This document shows positions 9,621 to 18,683 of a stretch of 64,000 nucleotides of DNA, one piece after another. The DNA is from Pirellulales bacterium. Its GTDB lineage: Bacteria; Planctomycetota; Planctomycetia; Pirellulales; JAICIG01. A program made the translations under genes and the position numbers. The notes under the pieces are model-generated. The model ran no database searches. It was not told the DNA's origin and worked only from the letters and a program-made list of their open reading frames with translations. The stretch lies in NCBI GenBank assembly GCA_035532215.1, contig DATKRK010000278.1, positions 2,563 to 66,562 on the forward strand. Reading direction: 5' to 3'. Every line of letters starts with the position of its first letter. Position 1 is the stretch's first letter.

Positions 9621-9863
9621 TCAAAAGTTTTCCCGCAAGCCTAACCGGCGATAGCGAATATTTCGGGGATCCATCGTATGCCCCCAAGAAATGTCGTCCA
9701 CCGCGGCGTCAAACGCCTCCGCGAGCCGCAGTCGCTCGGCGGGGCTGGGAGTCCAGCGTCCCAGGGCGATCGCTGCGACGCGCTCGGGCGACAGCCGGCT
9801 GCGCTGGGCGACGTCCTCGATCGTCAAGCCGGTTTCCTCGAACAAGAGGTCAATGGTTTTCAC
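9621..9863 (-). CDS. Small helix-turn-helix (XRE-like) DNA-binding protein
   Basis: 80 aa. TGLTIEDVAQRSRLSPERVAAIALG is an HTH-like segment. Divergent from the PFOR genes across an 81-bp spacer. Confidence 0.6.
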   Translation of the reverse strand: MKTIDLLFEETGLTIEDVAQRSRLSPERVAAIALGRWTPSPAERLRLAEAFDAAVDDISWGHTMDPRNIRYRRLGLRENF

Positions 9864-9944
9864 GCGCGCTCGCTGTGTTCAACGTAATTTCGCTGGTATC
9901 CGTCAATTGTTCTTAGCTTCTATTCAACCACCACGGAGTGCTTC

Positions 9945-11942
9945 ATGGCAACGGTTCCGTTCGACAAAATCTCGCGTATTCCCGCCGAGGAAGTCAGCGA
10001 GCCCAAATTCCAGTACCCCGGCATTCCGACTACCTGCGACGGCGCCGAGGCCGTGGTTTGGGTCGAGTCTCGCATCAGTCAGGGGTCGGGCGCCTACCCG
10101 ATCACCAGTTCGACCACGATGGGCGGCGGATTCAACGCGGCGATGATGAACGGCGTGCCGAACCTGTGGGGAGAGCAGTTGGTGTTCGTCGAGCCGGAAA
10201 GCGAGCATTCGGCCGCCACCTTTTGTGAAGGTTTCGCCTTGGCGGGCGGCCGCGTGACCAACTTCACTTCGGGCCAGGGGCTGGTGCTGATGAAGGAGGT
10301 GCTGTACACGATTTCCGGCAAGCGGCTGCCGGTGGTGTTCAACATCGGCGCTCGGGCGCTCACCAGCCAAGGGCTGAACGTTCACGCCGGCCACGACGAC
10401 ATCATGAGCGTGGCCGACTGCGGTTGGGGCGTGCTGTTCGCCCGTAACGCCCAGGAGGCGGGCGACTTGTGCCTCATCTGCCGCCGCGCGGCCGAGGCCG
10501 GCAAGACGCCCTTTTTGAACGTGCAAGACGGCTTCCTCACGACGCACACGGTCGAATCGGTGCGGCTGCCTGAGCCCGAGTTCATGAAAGAATTCGTCGG
10601 CAAGCCCCAAGACAAGCTCGTGAATTTGATGGATCCGTCCAACCCGCTGATGTCGGGCGTGGTCCAAAACCAGGATTCGTACATGAAAGGAAAGATCGCC
10701 CAGCGCTGGTACTACGACCAATGCGCGCCGGCCCTGCGAGAAGCCTTCGAGGAGTTCTATCGCGCCACCGGCAGGCACTACGATTTCGTCGACGCTTATC
10801 GCTGCGAAGACGCCGACTACATTATCGTCGGCATGGGTTCCTATATGGAAACGGCCCAGGCGACCGTCGATTACTTGCGCGAGCATAAGAACCTCAAAGC
10901 CGGCTGCCTGAACATTTATTGCTTCCGGCCATTCCCTTCGCAGATCATCGTCGACGCCCTGAAGAACTGCCAGGCCTTCAGCGTGCTCGAGCGGATGGAC
11001 GATCCGCTTTCTACCACCGGCAACCACCTGACGCGCGAGATCAAGGCGGCGTTCTGCGACGCGGCCACGGGCCAGAACGGCCTGGAGAAGATCGATCGCG
11101 TGCCGCGGATCTACGGCGGCGCCGCCGGCCTGGGCAGCCGCGACGTGCGGCCCGGCGACCTGATCGCCGTGTTCGAAAACATGCGGCATGAAGGTTCCGA
11201 CTTTTTCTGCATCGGCATCGATCACGCGCTGGCGCTCAAATGCGCCGAAGACCCCGATCTGCGGCCGCGCGGCGGCTTCTCGATGCGCGGGCATTCGGTT
11301 GGCGGCTTCGGCTCGGTGACGACCAACAAGGTCATCGCCACGATCGGCGGCCAGGTGTTCGGCAAGGACGTGCAGGCCTATCCGAAATACGGCTCGGAGA
11401 AAAAGGGCCTGCCGACGACCTATTATCTGACGATCGCCGACTCGCACATCTATACCCACAGCGAGTTGGAGCACGTCGATCTGGTGGTGCTCAACGACAC
11501 GACGGCGCTATTCAGCGGCAACCCGCTTGCCGGCCTGGTCGAAGGCGGGGCGGTGTTCATGCAAAGCCCCTATACCGAGCCCGCCGACGTCTGGCAGCGG
11601 ATTCCCGAGCATCCCAAGCGGACGATTCGCGACAAGCGAATCCGCGTGTTCTTCGCCGACATGGTCAAGATCGCCCGGCAGGTGGCTTCCGAAGCCGACC
11701 TGGAAATGCGCATGCAAGGGATCGTGCTGCTGGGAGCGTTCCTCAAACTCACCCCTTACGCCAAGCAAAGCGAGATGTCGGACGACGAAGTCTACGCTGG
11801 CGTCGAAAAGGCGCTGCGCAAGTATTTCGGCAAGCGCGGAGATCGCGTGGTGCAGGACAATCTCGATTGCGTCAAGCGGGGCTACAACGAGATGCAGGAA
11901 ATTCCCGCTTCGATCATGACTTCCCAAACCGCTCACGCCTGA
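9945..11942 (+). CDS. Pyruvate/2-oxoacid:ferredoxin oxidoreductase, fused alpha+gamma-type subunit (PFOR domains I-II-III)
   Basis: CDGAEAVVWVESRISQGSGAYPITSSTTMG, EPESEHSAATFCEGFALAGGRVTNFTSGQGL and, C-terminally, GHSVGGFGSVTTNKVIATIGG (gamma-type). Confidence 0.9.
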   Translation: MATVPFDKISRIPAEEVSEPKFQYPGIPTTCDGAEAVVWVESRISQGSGAYPITSSTTMGGGFNAAMMNGVPNLWGEQLVFVEPESEHSAATFCEGFALAGGRVTNFTSGQGLVLMKEVLYTISGKRLPVVFNIGARALTSQGLNVHAGHDDIMSVADCGWGVLFARNAQEAGDLCLICRRAAEAGKTPFLNVQDGFLTTHTVESVRLPEPEFMKEFVGKPQDKLVNLMDPSNPLMSGVVQNQDSYMKGKIAQRWYYDQCAPALREAFEEFYRATGRHYDFVDAYRCEDADYIIVGMGSYMETAQATVDYLREHKNLKAGCLNIYCFRPFPSQIIVDALKNCQAFSVLERMDDPLSTTGNHLTREIKAAFCDAATGQNGLEKIDRVPRIYGGAAGLGSRDVRPGDLIAVFENMRHEGSDFFCIGIDHALALKCAEDPDLRPRGGFSMRGHSVGGFGSVTTNKVIATIGGQVFGKDVQAYPKYGSEKKGLPTTYYLTIADSHIYTHSELEHVDLVVLNDTTALFSGNPLAGLVEGGAVFMQSPYTEPADVWQRIPEHPKRTIRDKRIRVFFADMVKIARQVASEADLEMRMQGIVLLGAFLKLTPYAKQSEMSDDEVYAGVEKALRKYFGKRGDRVVQDNLDCVKRGYNEMQEIPASIMTSQTAHA

Positions 11943-11955
11943 AAGGTTTTCGAAT

Positions 11956-13617
11956 ATGGCTACCGTCGAGAAAAACGGCTCCGAATCGCATTCCTCCATG
12001 AACGAGGCCAGCGAACGCGATCCGTTCAACAACAACTGCTACGGCACGCTCGTTGATGCTTCCTATAAAACCGTCAGCTTGCCGATCCTGGACGTGCGCG
12101 ACTTCAACGACCGCATCATTCGCGGCTACGAAGAAGGCTACGGCGAAAAGCAACTGCCGGCCGAGTTGTCGTTGGCCCGCTCGCTGGTCCCCGCCGGCAC
12201 CGCGGCCTTGCGCGATTTCAGCTACGTGGCGCCGGAAATCCCGGAATACATCGCCGGCAACTGCACCGGCTGCATGGACTGCGTCACCGAATGCCCCGAC
12301 ACGGCGATCCTGGGCAAGGTGATCGCCGAGTCGTCGCTGGAAGAAAAGCTGCAGACGATCGCCGATCCCGCCGACCGCGAGATGTTCGCCAGTCAGTGGT
12401 CGAAGACGCGGAAATACTACGAAGGCCCCAAGAAAAAGGGCCAGGAAGGAGGCCGCTTCGCGATCATCATCGACCCCAGCAAGTGCAAGGGCTGCGCCGA
12501 GTGCGTCACGGTCTGCGACGACAACGCGCTGAAGATGATTCCCAAGACCGAGCAAGACATCCGCAACATCCGCCTGAGCCACCGGCTGTTCAAGCAGTTC
12601 GGCCCGTCCGACGAGCGGTACATCAACGACAACCTGCTGATCGATATGATGCTTCGCGAAAAGACGCACATCTATGTCGGCGGCGCCGGCTCGTGCGCCG
12701 GCTGCGGGGAAGGGACCGCGCTGCGGATGATGTGCGCGGCCACCGGGGCAAAATACGGCGATCAGTGGGGCATCGTCGCCGCCACCGGCTGCAACACGGT
12801 CTACACGTCGACCTACCCCTACAATCCCTACTTGGTCCCGTGGACCAACTCGCTGTTCGAAAACGCGCCGGCCGACGCGATGGGCGTCCGCGCGCGGTGG
12901 GACCAGGTCGGCTGGCAAGACAAGCCGCTGTGGTGCATCGGCGGCGACGGGGCCATGTTTGATATTGGCTTCCAGTCGTTGTCGCGGCTGCTGGCCTCGG
13001 GCATGCACGTCAAGGTCTTCGTGCTCGACACCCAGGTTTATTCCAATACGGGCGGCCAGGCTTCGACCAGCACCTTCACCGGCCAGAACACGAAGATGAG
13101 CGTTCACGGCAAGGCCTTCGGCGGCAAGCAAGAGCGCCGCAAGGAGATCGCCCAGATCGCCATGATGCACCCCCGCACCTACGTCTCCCAGACGACCTGC
13201 GCCCACACGAACCATTTTTACAAAGCCGTGCTGGGCGCCTTGGAATTCGACGGACCGGCCGTCATCAATTGCTACACCACTTGCCAGCCCGAACACGGCG
13301 TGGCCGACAACATGGCTTCGGAACAGGCCCGCTTGGCGGTCGACACCCGGGCCTTCCCGCTCTTGATTTACGACCCGCGCGCCGGCGACACGATCAAGAA
13401 GCGTTTGTCGCTGCAAGGCAATCCGGCGATGAAGGAAGACTGGTTCGCGAATCCCAAGACGGGGGAGACGGTCGATTTCATCGACTTCTGCCGCAGCGAA
13501 GGCCGGTTCTCGAAGCATTTTGATAAAGACGGCAATCCCTCGGAGTTGCTGCAACACGCCCGCGACGAGCGGCTCGAAAACTGGCACGTGCTGCAAGAGT
13601 TGGCCGGGTTGCGGTGA
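11956..13617 (+). CDS. Pyruvate/2-oxoacid:ferredoxin oxidoreductase, fused ferredoxin(delta)+TPP-binding(beta) subunit
   Basis: Two 4Fe-4S motifs (CTGCMDCVTECP, CKGCAECVTVCDDNA). Also the cluster-binding GGAGSCAGCGEG and the TPP motif GGDGAMFDIGFQSL...VLDTQVYSNTGGQ. Confidence 0.9.
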   Translation: MATVEKNGSESHSSMNEASERDPFNNNCYGTLVDASYKTVSLPILDVRDFNDRIIRGYEEGYGEKQLPAELSLARSLVPAGTAALRDFSYVAPEIPEYIAGNCTGCMDCVTECPDTAILGKVIAESSLEEKLQTIADPADREMFASQWSKTRKYYEGPKKKGQEGGRFAIIIDPSKCKGCAECVTVCDDNALKMIPKTEQDIRNIRLSHRLFKQFGPSDERYINDNLLIDMMLREKTHIYVGGAGSCAGCGEGTALRMMCAATGAKYGDQWGIVAATGCNTVYTSTYPYNPYLVPWTNSLFENAPADAMGVRARWDQVGWQDKPLWCIGGDGAMFDIGFQSLSRLLASGMHVKVFVLDTQVYSNTGGQASTSTFTGQNTKMSVHGKAFGGKQERRKEIAQIAMMHPRTYVSQTTCAHTNHFYKAVLGALEFDGPAVINCYTTCQPEHGVADNMASEQARLAVDTRAFPLLIYDPRAGDTIKKRLSLQGNPAMKEDWFANPKTGETVDFIDFCRSEGRFSKHFDKDGNPSELLQHARDERLENWHVLQELAGLR

Positions 13618-13716
13618 CGCTTGCCGCCGCCGGCGTTGCGAATCGCGCCCGTACAGGGCAACAGAAAAACGGGACGAATGCCCCGCCTTGTCTGAGGCGT
13701 GGCGGACGTTGCACGC

Positions 13717-14160
13717 ATGGATGAGTCTGGACCGCCGACGATTCTCGTTGTCCTGTTCCCGCTCATTTTCATTACAATGTGGTGCGCGGTAAGCCTGAGG
13801 CTATCCACAATGGGCGGCTGGCGTCGGCTGGCAGACCGTTTTCCGCGGCGCGGTCAACCGTCCGGCAGGCGTTTCTGGTTGCAGAGCGGCAAATTCGGGC
13901 AGGTGGCGTACAGCCGCTGCCTCACGATCCGCAGTTCGCCAGATGGACTTTATCTTTCCATGTTGTTGCCATTTCGTCTCGGACATCCGCCGCTGTTCAT
14001 TCCTTGGGACGCCGTTCACAACGCGACGGCGCGTCGTTTTCTCTGGATCGAGCACGTCGCGTTTGACGTTGGCTCGCCGAGTGTCGCGACGTTACAGTTG
14101 CCCAAAAAGGCTTTTGAGTTTCACGATGAGATCGATTGTCCCGAAAGATCGCATCGATGA
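13717..14160 (+). CDS. Hypothetical membrane protein
   Basis: One N-terminal TM segment (TILVVLFPLIFITMWCAVSL). Sits directly upstream of the cytochrome gene. An alternative GTG start is at 13699. Confidence 0.45.
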   Translation: MDESGPPTILVVLFPLIFITMWCAVSLRLSTMGGWRRLADRFPRRGQPSGRRFWLQSGKFGQVAYSRCLTIRSSPDGLYLSMLLPFRLGHPPLFIPWDAVHNATARRFLWIEHVAFDVGSPSVATLQLPKKAFEFHDEIDCPERSHR

Positions 14161-14277
14161 ATTGCACGTATCGGCGAATTCCCGCCGAAAGCCGCTGCCG
14201 CAGAAAACCTTGACACGGGAAAAGCGGGCGCCTAGCTTGAAAACTGCACTGAGATTGAGCCTGCTTCCTTTAAGGCG

Positions 14278-16506
14278 GTGTGGATGGCCAATAGTGATCG
14301 GCAAGACCCTTCCCAAGACGCTTCGCGCCTCGCCTTATCGGCAAGCACCGTATCGCCGCGCAGCCGTACGCTCGCGTGGGCGACTGCTGCAATCTTAACG
14401 GCAGTCTGCGCAGGAGTTTATTGGTGGCAGGCATCTGCCACGCCGCCCGCGTCGATCGTCGAACCTGTCAACAATGCGGAGGGGAAGAACGCCGTGGCTC
14501 AGGCGGCTCCGCGCTATGTGGGCATGCAGGCCTGCGCTGCTTGCCATGCCCAGCGAATTAAGGAGTTTCAGGCGACGCGGCATTGTCTGGCGTGCTGCCC
14601 CCCCGACCCGGCGACCATGCCCGCTGCATTTTCGTCAAAAGACGAGGCGTTCATGGCGCGCGACCCGAACTTGCAATTCGAGATGACGCGATCGGGCGAC
14701 GAGTTCTTCGTCACCGCCGTCCGCAAAACTCCAAAGGGCGAACAGCGGACGTCTTCGAGGATCGATCTCGTGTATGGCGCTGGCGCCGGCACGGACGAAG
14801 TGTACCTCACTTGGCGCGGCGACGAGCTCTACGAATTGCCCGTCGCCTGGCTGCCCGAGCACCAGGCGTGGGGCGCCAGCGCATTCGCGCTGCCAGGCGT
14901 CGAGGAACGCGCCCGGGAACTTACGGTGCGGTGCCTCGATTGCCACAACACCTGGTTCGAACACGTGCCCGGCACGCTCAACCGTTACAAGCGAGAGGCC
15001 GCAATTCTAGGCGTCACTTGCGAAAAGTGCCACGGCCCGGCGGGCGACCACGTCGCCTTTCACGAAGCGCATCCTGACGCCCAATCGGGCGAGGCGATCG
15101 TGAGCCCGGCTCGTCTTTCGCGCGAGCGGCAAATCGATCTTTGCGCCCAGTGCCACAGCAACGCAATCACTTATCGCGGCCCGGCGTTCAGCTATCTGCC
15201 GGGCGAACCGCTCGATGCGCATTTCCGCACGATCAGCGCCAAACACCCGGAAGAGGATCACGTCGCCAATCAGGTCGCGTACTTGCGCGAGAGCAAGTGC
15301 TTCAAGAGCAGCGAAACGCTGACTTGCACGACCTGCCATAATCCGCATCGGCCGCGAAACGCCGGCCCCGAAGCGGCTCGAAGCGCGTGCCTGACCTGCC
15401 ACCAAGCCGCCGATTGCGGCAAGCTGCAGCGTCTGCCCCCCGCCGTGCGAGACAATTGCGTGGGCTGCCACATGCCGGTCTCGAAAAAGGTGCAGGTCTT
15501 TTTTAGGACCCAAGACGAAGACTTCGTACCGCCCGTCAATCGTTGGGAGCATCGCATCGGCATCTACCCGGCGGCCGAGCAAGCGCTGCTGCTGGCGTGG
15601 CATCGAACGCAAGACGACGATCGCAGCCGCCGAGAGGTCGATCGTCTGACCGCGGCGCTCGCCGAGCACTGGCTTGCCGAGGGAGATCGCTGCCGCCGGG
15701 AGCACCGTCTGTTAACGGCGATTTACGCCTACCGCCAGGCCTTGCAATTGAATCCCGCGCCGGAGACGCGCCTCAAGCTGGACGAAGTCGTCGACAACCG
15801 GCGCAAGTTCGCCTACGACTTCGCCGCAGCGAATCGTTTGATGGCGGAAAAGAAAATGTCGGACGCCATTGTGCAGTTTCAGAACGTCTTGAAGATCATT
15901 CCCGAATTCGCCAAGGCCCACGGCCGGCTAGGCACAGCCTACGCAGCGACGGGCCAAAAGGAATTGGCCGTCGAGCATTTGCAGGCCGCTGCGAAATACG
16001 ACCCCGACGACCTTTACGCCCCCAGCATGCTGGGCTGGCTTGCTTACCTCGAAGGACGCCCCGAGGACGCGCTCGAGCACTATCGTCGTGCGGAAGAGAT
16101 CGAACCGTACAACGCGCAAGTCAACTATCAGCTTGGCCTGACGCTCTCGAGCTTTCCCCGTTGGCCCGAGGCCGAGAAACGATTCCGGCAGGCGCTCGAA
16201 ATCGACCCGAATCATGCCGGCGCCTGCCAGGGCCTAAGCCATGCTTTGCGGCAGCAAGGCCAAACCGATGAGGCCCTGCGTTTTGCGCTGCGCGCCGCTC
16301 GCCTCACGCAGTTTCAGCATCTCGACATTCTGATCACGCTGGCCGACAGTTACGCCGCTGCGAACCGTCCGCAGGAAGCCGGCAAAGCGGCCTCCAAGGC
16401 GCTGGCCGCATCGCAAGCTGGCAAGGCTCACTTGGCGCCTGAAATTCGCCTGCGAATGGAATTGATGCAGGACCTCGCGAAGCGATTGCGAAAATCAGGC
16501 GACTGA
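14278..16506 (+). CDS. Heptaheme c-type cytochrome fused to a C-terminal TPR domain
   Basis: Seven CxxCH motifs: CAACH, CLDCH, CEKCH, CAQCH, CTTCH, CLTCH, CVGCH. An N-terminal TM/signal segment is present. The C-terminal ~270 aa are TPR-like (AIYAYRQALQLNP, AKAHGRLGTAY, ALEHYRRAEEIEPYN, RFRQALEIDPNH). Confidence 0.85.
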   Translation: MWMANSDRQDPSQDASRLALSASTVSPRSRTLAWATAAILTAVCAGVYWWQASATPPASIVEPVNNAEGKNAVAQAAPRYVGMQACAACHAQRIKEFQATRHCLACCPPDPATMPAAFSSKDEAFMARDPNLQFEMTRSGDEFFVTAVRKTPKGEQRTSSRIDLVYGAGAGTDEVYLTWRGDELYELPVAWLPEHQAWGASAFALPGVEERARELTVRCLDCHNTWFEHVPGTLNRYKREAAILGVTCEKCHGPAGDHVAFHEAHPDAQSGEAIVSPARLSRERQIDLCAQCHSNAITYRGPAFSYLPGEPLDAHFRTISAKHPEEDHVANQVAYLRESKCFKSSETLTCTTCHNPHRPRNAGPEAARSACLTCHQAADCGKLQRLPPAVRDNCVGCHMPVSKKVQVFFRTQDEDFVPPVNRWEHRIGIYPAAEQALLLAWHRTQDDDRSRREVDRLTAALAEHWLAEGDRCRREHRLLTAIYAYRQALQLNPAPETRLKLDEVVDNRRKFAYDFAAANRLMAEKKMSDAIVQFQNVLKIIPEFAKAHGRLGTAYAATGQKELAVEHLQAAAKYDPDDLYAPSMLGWLAYLEGRPEDALEHYRRAEEIEPYNAQVNYQLGLTLSSFPRWPEAEKRFRQALEIDPNHAGACQGLSHALRQQGQTDEALRFALRAARLTQFQHLDILITLADSYAAANRPQEAGKAASKALAASQAGKAHLAPEIRLRMELMQDLAKRLRKSGD

Positions 16507-16532
16507 ATCATCGATAAAGCCACGCGGCAGGG

Positions 16533-18320
16533 ATGCCGCGTCTACATGAGACGTTTTGTCGAACGGCCTGCTTTGGCCGTTCGCATTGCGAACGCGATAA
16601 GTTAGACTTAATACTTCAAGGTTCGCGGACTGCTAATTTGGGGACGATTCGCCTGAAAACTCCAACCTTTTTACTACATCAGGGATTGCTGATTTGGCTG
16701 ACGATCGCTGCGGCGATGGGGTGCGCGGTTTCGGGTTGCACGCGCGGCGCCCCAACGCCTAAGCCGCAGCGCGAAGGGCGGAAGATTGCCAGCGTCGCTG
16801 AGAAGCACGCCCAGTCGGCGGCGGCCGAAATCGCGCAACTCAGCGACGCGGAATTAGAGTCGAGGATCGGCCCGGAGATTCAAACGTTTTGCAGCGGATG
16901 CCACGCCGCGCCGCAGGCAAGCGAAGCTCCCCGCGAAGGTTGGCGGGTCGAAGTCGAACAGGCGTTTAGGTTTCACAAGAAGTCTCCCGCCAAAGACGAA
17001 CCAACGCCCGACATCGAGGCCGTGGTCGCCTACTTCGAGCGGAAAGCGATGCCCTACAGCGATTTCGCGGCGCCGCCGTTGGGCGATAGCGATCCGGGCA
17101 GGGTGAAGTTTTCCAAGATCGAGGTCCGCATCGACAAAGCGCCGCATTCGCCGGCGCTTGCGGGGCTGACATGGATTGCGCCGCAAAATGACCGCCCCGG
17201 CGCCCTGTTGGCGTGCGACATGCGTTCGGGTGGTTTATACTCCGTCTCGCCGGACGGCGGGTGCGAAGTCGTCGTGGCGCCCGAGTCGAAATTGCTTTCG
17301 AATCCTTGCCATATCGAGCCTTGCGATCTGGACGGCGATGGCCTGATCGACCTCGTCGTTGCCGATCTGGGCAATTTTTTTCCGGCCGACCACCAATTCG
17401 GCCGTGTCGTGTGGCTGAGACGCACCTCGGAGGCAGGCGGCTATGAGCCGATCGAGATCGGCGGGGCTTTGGCCCGCGTGGCCGACGTTCGGCCCGGCGA
17501 TTTCGACGCGGACGGCGATCTGGATCTCGTCGTGGCGGAATTTGGCTTACACGAAACGGGACGGATTCTGCTGCTGGTAAACCAGCGGAGCGAGACGGGA
17601 AAAACCGAGTTCGTGCTCCGCGAGGAAGACCCTCGGCACGGCGCCATTCACGTCCCGGTATCGGACCTGAATGGCGACGGGAAGTTGGACTTCGTGGCCT
17701 TGATCGGTCAGGAGCACGAGGTCATCGAGGCTTTTTCGAACCGGGGCGACGGCACGTTCGAAAAACAGCGGATTTATACGGCGCCGAACCCCTCCTGGGC
17801 CTCGAGCGGCATTCAGCTCGTCGACATGGATGCGGACGGCGACTTGGACGTGCTCAATACCAACGGCGACAGTTTCGATCGCGATTACCTTAAGCCCTAC
17901 CACGCCCTCAGATGGCTGGAAAACCAGGGCGAATTCCCCTGGGTCGAGCATCACCTGGCGGACATGCCTGGCTGCCAACGCGCTTTGGCGGGCGACCTGG
18001 ACGGCGACGGCGATCTTGACATTGTCGCGGTGGCGTTGCTTCCCGCGGCCGTGCTCGAGCGGTTCGGCAAACAGCATTTCGACGCCGTTTGCTGGTTCGA
18101 GCAGACGGCGCCGGGCCAATTTCATCGCCGCTCGCTGGAACTGGCCGACTGCAAGCATGCGACTTTGGCCCTGGGCGATTTCGACGGCGACGGCGACCTG
18201 GACTTCGCCACCGGGAATTTCTTCTTCAACCAGGGACAAGGGCAGGGCCCGCTTCCCTATCTCACGATCTGGCGGAACGACACGGGCGCAGGATCCGGCG
18301 ATTCGGCCAGCGGCCGCTAG
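16533..18320 (+). CDS. FG-GAP/VCBS repeat beta-propeller protein with an N-terminal CxxCH heme motif; probable lipoprotein
   Basis: Lipobox-like AVSGC, then FCSGCHAAP. Six Ca-loop repeats: CDLDGDGLIDLVVAD, GDFDADGDLDLVVAE, SDLNGDGKLDFVAL, VDMDADGDLDVLNTN, GDLDGDGDLDIVAV, GDFDGDGDLDFATGN. The exact start is uncertain. Confidence 0.8.
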   Translation: MPRLHETFCRTACFGRSHCERDKLDLILQGSRTANLGTIRLKTPTFLLHQGLLIWLTIAAAMGCAVSGCTRGAPTPKPQREGRKIASVAEKHAQSAAAEIAQLSDAELESRIGPEIQTFCSGCHAAPQASEAPREGWRVEVEQAFRFHKKSPAKDEPTPDIEAVVAYFERKAMPYSDFAAPPLGDSDPGRVKFSKIEVRIDKAPHSPALAGLTWIAPQNDRPGALLACDMRSGGLYSVSPDGGCEVVVAPESKLLSNPCHIEPCDLDGDGLIDLVVADLGNFFPADHQFGRVVWLRRTSEAGGYEPIEIGGALARVADVRPGDFDADGDLDLVVAEFGLHETGRILLLVNQRSETGKTEFVLREEDPRHGAIHVPVSDLNGDGKLDFVALIGQEHEVIEAFSNRGDGTFEKQRIYTAPNPSWASSGIQLVDMDADGDLDVLNTNGDSFDRDYLKPYHALRWLENQGEFPWVEHHLADMPGCQRALAGDLDGDGDLDIVAVALLPAAVLERFGKQHFDAVCWFEQTAPGQFHRRSLELADCKHATLALGDFDGDGDLDFATGNFFFNQGQGQGPLPYLTIWRNDTGAGSGDSASGR

Positions 18321-18454
18321 CCCGGATTATTCATCAGCCCACACCAACCCGAAGCGCAAGCGAGGCGGAGCAAGGCACTTACCTCGCTGGCGCTTCGGGT
18401 TTGTATGGAGCGCTTTGTCAAGTAATAGCTGGGCTGATGAATAATCCGGGCTAG
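18317..18454. mobile_element. 138-bp MITE-like nested palindromic element, copy 1
   Basis: 24-bp terminal inverted repeats: CTAGCCCGGATTATTCATCAGCCC at 18317..18340 and its complement at 18431..18454. There is also an inner ~20-bp inverted repeat (AACCCGAAGCGCAAGCGAGG / CCTCGCTGGCGCTTCGGGTT). Copy 1 differs from copy 2 at 44518..44655 by 18 mismatches in 138 nt, with no indels. Confidence 0.65.
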
Positions 18455-18531
18455 CGGCCAGACTGGGCGACTTTCGACAAGCCTCGCCGTACATAGTTTG
18501 AGAAGCAATGTATTTTCGAAATCCTTTTTGC

Positions 18532-18560
18532 TTGACTTTGACTTTTGCCAGCGTCATAAT
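18532..18560 (+). promoter_or_regulatory. Candidate sigma-70-type promoter for the DUF1559 gene
   Basis: TTGACT (18532..18537), a 17-nt spacer, then CATAAT (18555..18560), in an AT-richer spacer about 125 nt upstream of GTG 18684. Confidence 0.35.
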
Positions 18561-18683
18561 CCCGTCAGAGAAGAGCATAGGCGGATTCTTTTAACTACTC
18601 GGACCGGCACAGGCCGATAGAGACCGATACAGGTCGTTCTCATTTTTGCGTCCTTCTCTCCTTCTGCGTTCGGAGGCTCTCTC

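Noticed and set aside
9924-13596. Very long minus-strand ORFs (9924..11474, 516 aa; 11914..13596, 560 aa) antisense to the PFOR genes. Similar cases: 25515..28052 (845 aa, antisense to ftsK), 36386..38719 (777 aa, antisense to gcvPA/gcvPB), 53420..55576 (718 aa, antisense to glgX), 62082..63773 (563 aa, antisense to the Gfo/Idh/MocA gene), 22238..23473, 40526..41722 and 41882..43114.
   Set aside because: The sense strand encodes unmistakable enzymes with canonical motifs. The antisense translations are Arg/Gly/Ala/His/Pro-rich with no recognisable domain. This is the expected stop-codon depletion of antisense frames in a GC3-rich genome.
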